Part shown: in pieces, positions 57,193 through 64,000 of the stretch
Position numbering within the stretch: position 1 is the stretch's first letter
How the letters are laid out: each line of letters opens with the position of its first letter
NCBI GenBank assembly: GCA_000320545.1
Contig: ADNK01000313.1
Span: 190,779-254,778 of the forward strand
Origin: Bigelowiella natans CCMP2755
Taxonomy: Eukaryota > Protista > Cercozoa
Length of the DNA: 64,000 bases
Reading direction: 5' to 3'
The notes under the pieces: model-generated
Database searches by the model: none
Told to the model about the DNA's origin: nothing
What the model saw: only the letters and a program-made list of their open reading frames with translations
Program-made: the position numbers and the translations under genes

Positions 57193-58461
57193 CTAATCTC
57201 TCATATCATAGTCGACATCAGATGACGAAGTTCTTTCTGGATGTCTTCCAGAGCCCTCTCTACGACCTTTTGCTTGCTCCAAAGAGCTTCTCCGGTACTG
57301 CTTTGAGTCATCGATGATTGCTCGAGCCACCGTCCTCTGATACCTAATTTTGATTGTGATGAAGGATTGTTCGTTGATGGCATTCAATATAGAGGGACGA
57401 ACACATTTCTTGGAAAAAGAACGAGAAACGTAAGACATTACTGTGTAAAATCTGGTGGAAGATCTCGTCCCTTTATCGTCTCCTTTAAAGCTAGTTGCTC
57501 TTTTGCATCCTGTTCGATGTGGAACAGTTACGAAGGCAATGGGAGAAAAAATTGTCAGCCTTACCTCCTTTCTGCGGTGATTTATGTATGCAACGGAGGA
57601 GGGTATCGAATTCCTGGCAATAAAAAAGGGATAAGTTCTCGACAGCACCAATTCGAACATAATAAACTAGCCTACCTAGCCGCTGTTGACGAAAACGCGA
57701 AGCCACCCAGCGCCATCCCACCTACGGAAAAAGGCATTACTCTGGGTAATAACGCAAGATATACGCTTATTCTCTCTGTAATTGGTGCAATATTGTTGTG
57801 GTGTCGTTTTCCCTACCTAGTGTGAGGTTGGTTAGCAGTTGTGTGCTTCGCCTGCCACGCCTCCCAAGGTATCTGTTGTACCTGCACAAACACCGGTTGG
57901 GGGTTCCCTATTTTTGAGAAAGAGTAGCTTTCGATTGACTACTAATTTGGAACAAACGATACCCAAATGCTGCAGATCCACCCAGTAGTGATCCTGCCGC
58001 CATTCCGATCATCCCATCGATCCAGATTCGCTGGAAGGTATGAAACATGGCTCAGCCGTGTGCATTGTGTTGGGGCAATACATTTAGTTCTTTCCAACCC
58101 TTCGTGCTTTGAGCAACACCTGCCTCTCGTCATCAGAAAGTTTAGCTGATGATAGTTATTATAAAATTGTCAGGATTTCTAATGTCATCATCGTTCTAGG
58201 ACGAGGAGAACAGACCGCCGCCCCCTCCAACATTCGGGCTTCCACTGTTGCTTCTGTGTTGACCGAATGCACCATCGTCAGGACGCATCAGGTTCGCAAA
58301 GATGTCAATCTACTTATCACATTCGATTCATCGTGAGGATGTGGGTGAGGGGCCTGCAATGTTCAGCCGGTCAGGACGCTTCCCACTCTCTTCCCCAGAA
58401 GCTCGTTGTATGGACGTCGACGTGGGTTGTCGCTGGGCTTGCCTGCTCTTCCGTTTGTCAT
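57193..58461 (-). CDS. Small hypothetical membrane protein with two Gly-rich hydrophobic segments
   Basis: In-phase exons RIWIDGMIGMAAGSLLGGSAAFG/YNRYL..LTNLTL/GGMALGGFAFSSTAA/RNSIP..RRKE/DAKEQLALK../QYQRTV..MRD*. Start approximate. Confidence 0.6.
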
Positions 58462-58766
58462 GACGCCAGCTGTGTATGAGTTGTCGCAAGTCGAATTTCA
58501 CTTATGTTCTTTCATAGTCTTTATACTCTATCCTAAAACATAGAATCAAAGGGGGGAATATAGCTCTGCGACATCGGAAAGGAAAGGAAATAAAAATTTC
58601 CGCAGATGTTTGCGGTAATACGAGGGCGACATGCCATTCTGTCGTTCTTTTTAAGTTTTAGGGGTAGTGTAGTGCATTTTTCCCCCCCCACGTTCCGACG
58701 ACGGAACCGCGCCTGGGCGCCTAATGTGGTACGAGGGGCCGGGGGACTCTCCCCCTCCAAGGGCAA

Positions 58767-59441
58767 ATGCGGATGAATCCTACTATCGGGTTAGTCAACC
58801 TTGACCGATTCTTGATACAGCTGCGACTCGGCCTCTGCATCGTCCTTTTCCCGCTAGTCGTATCTGCACCGGTGGTGACCCGATTGAATATTCTAATCGC
58901 TACATTAGGGTTCTTTGGATAGTGCCGCGAACAGCTCCGTCATCGACCTGTTGAGGGAGCGAGAAGCACTTACTCCTGACAGGTACGAATTAGCATTGAG
59001 GTCTATTCGCTGGCAACTACATTTGCAGTCAATGAGAGGTGTTCCCCCATGTATCCTTCAGCACCAAAATAGTCTTCATTATGGTCGGCGATGATCAAAC
59101 CGCGAGGCTCTCAACTGCAGTCAGGTAATATCTCTTCCTAGGTCGCTATTATGAGTAAATGTTGAAAGCGATTGAGAATAAATTGATGGAGCACTAAGCT
59201 GCTAATTTCAAATATCAGATTAAGCCGATTTTTGGCGTGGAGGGGAGCAGACGTTGAAGTATTCGAAATACCCGACATGGAGCAAGATGTACTTAATCGA
59301 CCTTACCATTGATCTTTCAATAATAATTCCCTGATTCCAAAACATCATCTTTGAATATCTGCTAAGATCAACACCGCGGTCGATGGTATTCTACAATGGA
59401 TGATGAGTGGTGATGAAGAATTAACAGGAGAAAAAAGACTT

Positions 59442-59492
<51 letters not shown>

Positions 59493-60053
59493 CCCTATAT
59501 TAATAGTGTGCACAACAACAGGCGGTGAGATAGCCATCTTCGATTCCGAAAACGGCTCTCATAGGCGCCGCAGTGAGGTAGACTCGTATGTCTTGTGAGA
59601 TCAGATCTTGATGATGACCCTCAATGATAATATCGTCATCGTCAGATTGCAAGTGCATTCAAGTGTGTCGAGGGCCAGTACTTTAACAGTTACGTCGTCG
59701 TAGTTACAAACAGAAAAAAACTATATGGCGATACCGTTCTCTCCGTCTATATCGATCCTCCTTGTGTCACTAATATTCCTATTGTTCTCTGAGTCGGCAG
59801 CATCGCCTTCTCTTCTTCTTCTTCTTCTTCTTCTTCTTCTTCAGCATATGATATGGGTGCACATCCTTTCTCCAGGTATCGGCGTAGTGTTCATTGAGGT
59901 CATACCAGAAGAATTCCCCCATGCCCGCCACGGGGACGTACTACGTGGCGGCCCAAGTCGGAAGAGGTGGGTCTTGAGCAGCAGCAGCATAGTTGCAAGG
60001 CATCTTTCCATGACTACAAACGTGGTTTGTAGGGACGGAAGAACTAATTGAAA

Positions 60054-60090
<37 letters not shown>

Positions 60091-62030
60091 ATGTGCGTGT
60101 GTGTGGTGTTGCGTTTGGTCAGAATGTTCCTTGAAGACTCGAAACGCATGCGCCTGCCCAGCCAGCCAAAGTGATACAGCATACGTCGCACTCAATTTCT
60201 GTTTTCATGCCATTTTGTTGCTGCGCGGCCCCTCTGTATCCTCACTTGTTTGTTTATTTCCGTCGTCTTCCGACCCCGCGGTAGGATGAAGAAAGTGACC
60301 TCCCTGCCCACTATAAGGAAAGGTAATTATTGGCTGGTTGAATTGCATGCGTGAGAGGATGAATAGCCTGATCTCGCGTGGTGCAAATTGGTAACGTAAC
60401 ATATTGGTATATATTTGCTGCAACAACAGGCAACGGATCTCCACCTGTAAGTGCTGCGCCATTGTGAACAAACACCCCTAGTATTCTCGCAATCTACTCT
60501 TGACTGATAGATTGCCATCGAGCTTCCCTGCACTGACTTGTATGCTTCCAAGCTGAATCGAGAGCCCACGATGATGAAATGGCACAACATGCTACAAAGC
60601 AGCCTCGCGCGATGATGCTCTTCTCTTCTCTTCTTCTTCTTCTTCTTCTTCTTCTTCTTCTTCTAGTTTCCTCCTGTTTCTCACTGAGAATATGCTCCTG
60701 CAGATATACAGCACCGCTCTCCTCACCCGCACACATCGTAGGAGGGGATCAGCTTCAATCTATGGTGGTGTTACCCCCCCCCCCTCCCCCCATTTACCCA
60801 AAATAACCCCCTTCGAAACACGATCACGTTCTTCAGAGTGCGTGCATTGCTTGTTTCATGTGTTCTTAAGTCGCGAAATTTGTGAGTGAGTGTGTGGTGT
60901 GTGATGGGCGGAGGACATTCATCTACCAGGCATTGGTGTCTTGCATCATCATCATCTTCATCATCATCACCACCACCATCATCAGCAATGAAATCAATCC
61001 ATTTTCAGAGACTGTCAAGGTCAGTTCAAAGCACAGCTTTCTCAAGATCTACAATGGGATGGACAAAGTGCGTAAGAAGAAGAAGAAGAAGAAGAAGTAG
61101 GGTTAAGGTTGGGGAAGAAGTCGCACTGCTCAGTAGGCCATTCATTATGAGGCAGCACGGATATTGTTGTTGTTGTTGTTGTCGTTGTCGTTGTTGTCGT
61201 TGGAAAGTGTTCACTGGTTATCGAATATGGCCCGTCGCCGCTTTTTTCCTGCCTCTCTCTCACCCTCTTTTTATTCTCCCAGGTAATGGCCTCTCGAGTA
61301 TACGGTTTGTACCCGCATTGATCGTTAAACGCGCACGCTGGGATAAGGCGGCGGAAGAGTGGGAGGGGCGTTGCACCCCGTATTGCAAGATTGACAAGAC
61401 GATTCATCTCCTGCTCCCCCCCTTCCCATCACGTTGTAGGTCGCATAACCAAATCCATACTGCCGTTCCTAATGGCGACGTCAAGGCGTAAGAAGCGACC
61501 GATATGGCTAGTCAGGTGCGTGCATGATGCTTGCAGCTACTTTGCTGTGCCTTGTGTGCTAGAAATAGCTTCCATCGTCATCATCGTCATCATCATCATC
61601 ATCATCATCACTACCCCCTTTCTCATCTTCGCGGGCTGGTTGCTCGGTCTCACCCTATCCCTCCTCCTCCTCTTCATGCGTTCTTGCTGCCGTTGTCACA
61701 GGGCTGGATGTGCGAAGGGCCACCTCCAAACGCATCCAAACGACAAGAAGTAAGTTGTGTGACAGTAGCTGTTCTGCACCGTCATGACCACTATTCTCAG
61801 TAGTAGTAGTGCTAGTGCTAATAGTAGTAGGAGGAGGAGGAGAGGGAGGAGGAGGAGGGAGGAAATTATTGAAACTGCAGTTCATTATTGTATTGCTGCT
61901 GTTGTTGTTGATGGTTTGTTTTATTCTAGGCTTCTGATTTCACCACCGAACCCCAATCGCTTTGCTGGTGCTCAGTTGTTACGCCATACATGCGAGGGCG
62001 CGCAAGCGCGCGTTCGTGCGAGCGTGCGTT

Positions 62031-62079
<49 letters not shown>

Positions 62080-62420
62080 ATGGGTGTGCTTGTGGTTGTG
62101 TAAAAGCCTAAAACCGTCCGGGTTCCAACAAGGAAAATGCTGGATGATATGTAGTACGATAATGAAGATGTGAGGGTAGTGGTGATGGCGATTGTGGTTA
62201 TGATGACGATATTGCAGCGGCATTTCGTTCCTGGTGTGTCCTCTCACTTCTCCGCCTTGATGATGGCAGAAATTGATGACGACGGGCAACGATTCGCGTC
62301 GTGGCTGTCGACGTTCGTGGAGAAGAGAGTGCGGCAACTAGCGGGGGGGGACAATAAAGCGGTAGGCGTCTGAATAGTAGCAACTCTATTTGTTACTCGC
62401 GTGAACAACATTTATCGTAC

Positions 62421-62463
<43 letters not shown>

Positions 62464-62485
62464 AGGGGGGGGGGGGAGACAGCTA

Positions 62486-62517
<32 letters not shown>

Positions 62518-64000
62518 ATCCTTGAAAATAACAACAATAGATATCGAAAGACGAAGCTCCAAGGCTGATAGATGGCCGGTAAGCGAACACGCTACGCAGG
62601 GCCTTCTCCTGTTCCAAAGCAGAAGTTTCTTCCGCGCGGTGTTTGCTGCTAGTGGCGAGACTGCTGCTGCTGCAACCCCATCTTCGATAGGAGGAAATGC
62701 ATTTATTTGTAAAATGGCATCGAAAGAAAAGATGCCTGCCCCCCCTCAAGAAACTTCCTGTTGTTTCTATTCAGATCTGATGGTGGAAAATCCAAGCGTA
62801 TAAAGATAATGATATCCTCGTTATCGCGAGCTTTGGAAACGGTCTGTTGATGCGGTGCTTGCGTGCGGAGCGACGCAAAAACAACAACAAAAACAACAAC
62901 AACAACAACTCGTGTGATGGTTGATTCCCCTATGGAGATTATTGACGACGATGATGATAGTGACGATGGCAAGATGAGGAAGAGTAGCAAGAAGAAAGGG
63001 AGGAGGGGGGGGAGAAGGAGCAAAGCAAAACCGTCGTCATCCATAGCATGTTTTTTTTAGAGCATTTTCACCGCCACTACGTCCACTATCATCATCGTCA
63101 TCAATCACCGTCATCATCATCATATCATCATCACCACCATCATTACCAGGCATCCCGAATAAAGTGGGCGGGTTACGTCGAGCAGTACCCAGCGTTGAAC
63201 CCTCTCGATAAGGTCACTTTGTGCTTCCGCAGTGTACGTCGGCCATTAGTAGGCCTGATACTTCACTCACCACTCGTGCTGTTTCGCCTTGTTGTTCCTC
63301 GTTGTTGTCGTTGTTATGGTCCTTTCTGCTTCCTGCTGATGCCTGATGCCTTGGCAGGGGCTGTTTCCTGGATTGAGGTTCTGGGATGCCCAAAAGGAGG
63401 TGTATTTACATGTATATTATATGTATATATTGTTTCCTTCCTCCTCTTATTGAAGGCGAGCGAAGAAGAGAGCTTGAATTTCAGCGCACGACAAATTATC
63501 TGCGGTGTTGATTGATGGCGCCGTTCCCCCCCCCCCCCCATCCCCCCCGCCCCACACGCGTAATGGACCGGGTGGTGAGCCTTTCTCATTTTTTGTTCTG
63601 TTGTATCATCCGTCTCGAAGGCCCCGGAATTCTATCGCAGATGGGTCAAGGTGAGAGGCGACGTGACTGGGATTTTAAATATATGAGTGTTCTTGTATTT
63701 TTGTTTTGTTGTTTTGATGATAATACGAGTTTGTGCGCCTGTGCTTACTACAACAACAGCATGGGACAAGTTTGTTTTGGGAGTTTTATGTATATATTGG
63801 GGGGGGAAGAGCCCCACTCACTTTTAATGATGATGTGTACGTGCCGAATGAAACGAGAAGAGGCAGCGACACCCTGGCTGGGTGGCAGCATCAGTGCTAA
63901 CCCCCCCCCCCCCCCCTCCACCCCTCTTCCTCTCACCCCATCCTCTCCGCCGCTTCTGACTCGTCAGGATAAGTACAACACTCGCTCCCCGCAGGGAGAG
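58767..64000 (+). CDS. 6-phosphofructo-2-kinase/fructose-2,6-bisphosphatase-like protein with degenerate motifs; continues off-window
   Basis: Micro-exons give TKIVFIMVGDDQTARLSTAV/RLSRFLAWRGADVEVF, GGEIAIFDSENGSHRRR, GVVFIEVI, SFLKIYN, RVYG/RITKSILPFLMA..RPIWLVR/AG, DDDGQRFASWL, ISSLSRALET, YPALNPLDK/GLFPGL, collinear with PFKFB. Start approximate. Confidence 0.8.

Noticed and set aside
57193-57825. Possible retroelement remnant suggested by overlapping ORFs
   Set aside because: Resolves into an ordinary spliced minus-strand gene; no RT, integrase or transposase motifs.
59778-61470. Minus-strand gene suggested by protein-like frames (ERQYGFGYATY.., YVPVAGMGEFFWY..)
   Set aside because: The plus strand carries collinear PFKFB motifs across the same interval, and the minus frames did not assemble consistently.

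Overview
Gene-dense, intron-rich eukaryotic nuclear DNA with short GT-AG introns full of microsatellites. The style suggests a flagellated SAR protist such as a chlorarachniophyte, but that is inference. Manual exon assembly gives about 17 protein-coding genes and one tRNA-Ile(AAT). In order: GT2 glycosyltransferase (-), three-CNB PKG-architecture kinase (+), SAM-domain protein (-), two unknowns (+,-), ferlin (+), Methyltransf_22/FkbM-like protein (-), alpha/beta hydrolase (+), ankyrin protein (-), TMEM230-like (+), CFAP36-like (-), PHOSPHO/PECP HAD phosphatase (+), unknown (+), TMEM144-like transporter (-), A1 aspartic protease (+), small membrane protein (-), and a PFK-2/FBPase-2-like protein (+, runs off the window). 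Most interesting points: (1) gene orientation alternates at 15 of 16 junctions, and every convergent gap is CTAG/CATG/TGCA-rich, some sharing 14-16-mers; (2) the PKG-shaped kinase lacks the cGMP-selecting Ser/Thr in all three pockets; (3) both catalytic motifs of the PFKFB homologue are degenerate; (4) a Crinkler/RHS-type nuclease fragment lies in frame behind the CFAP36 stop; (5) several local duplications copy splice sites. All gene models are read by eye, and the 5' ends of the unknown genes are uncertain.
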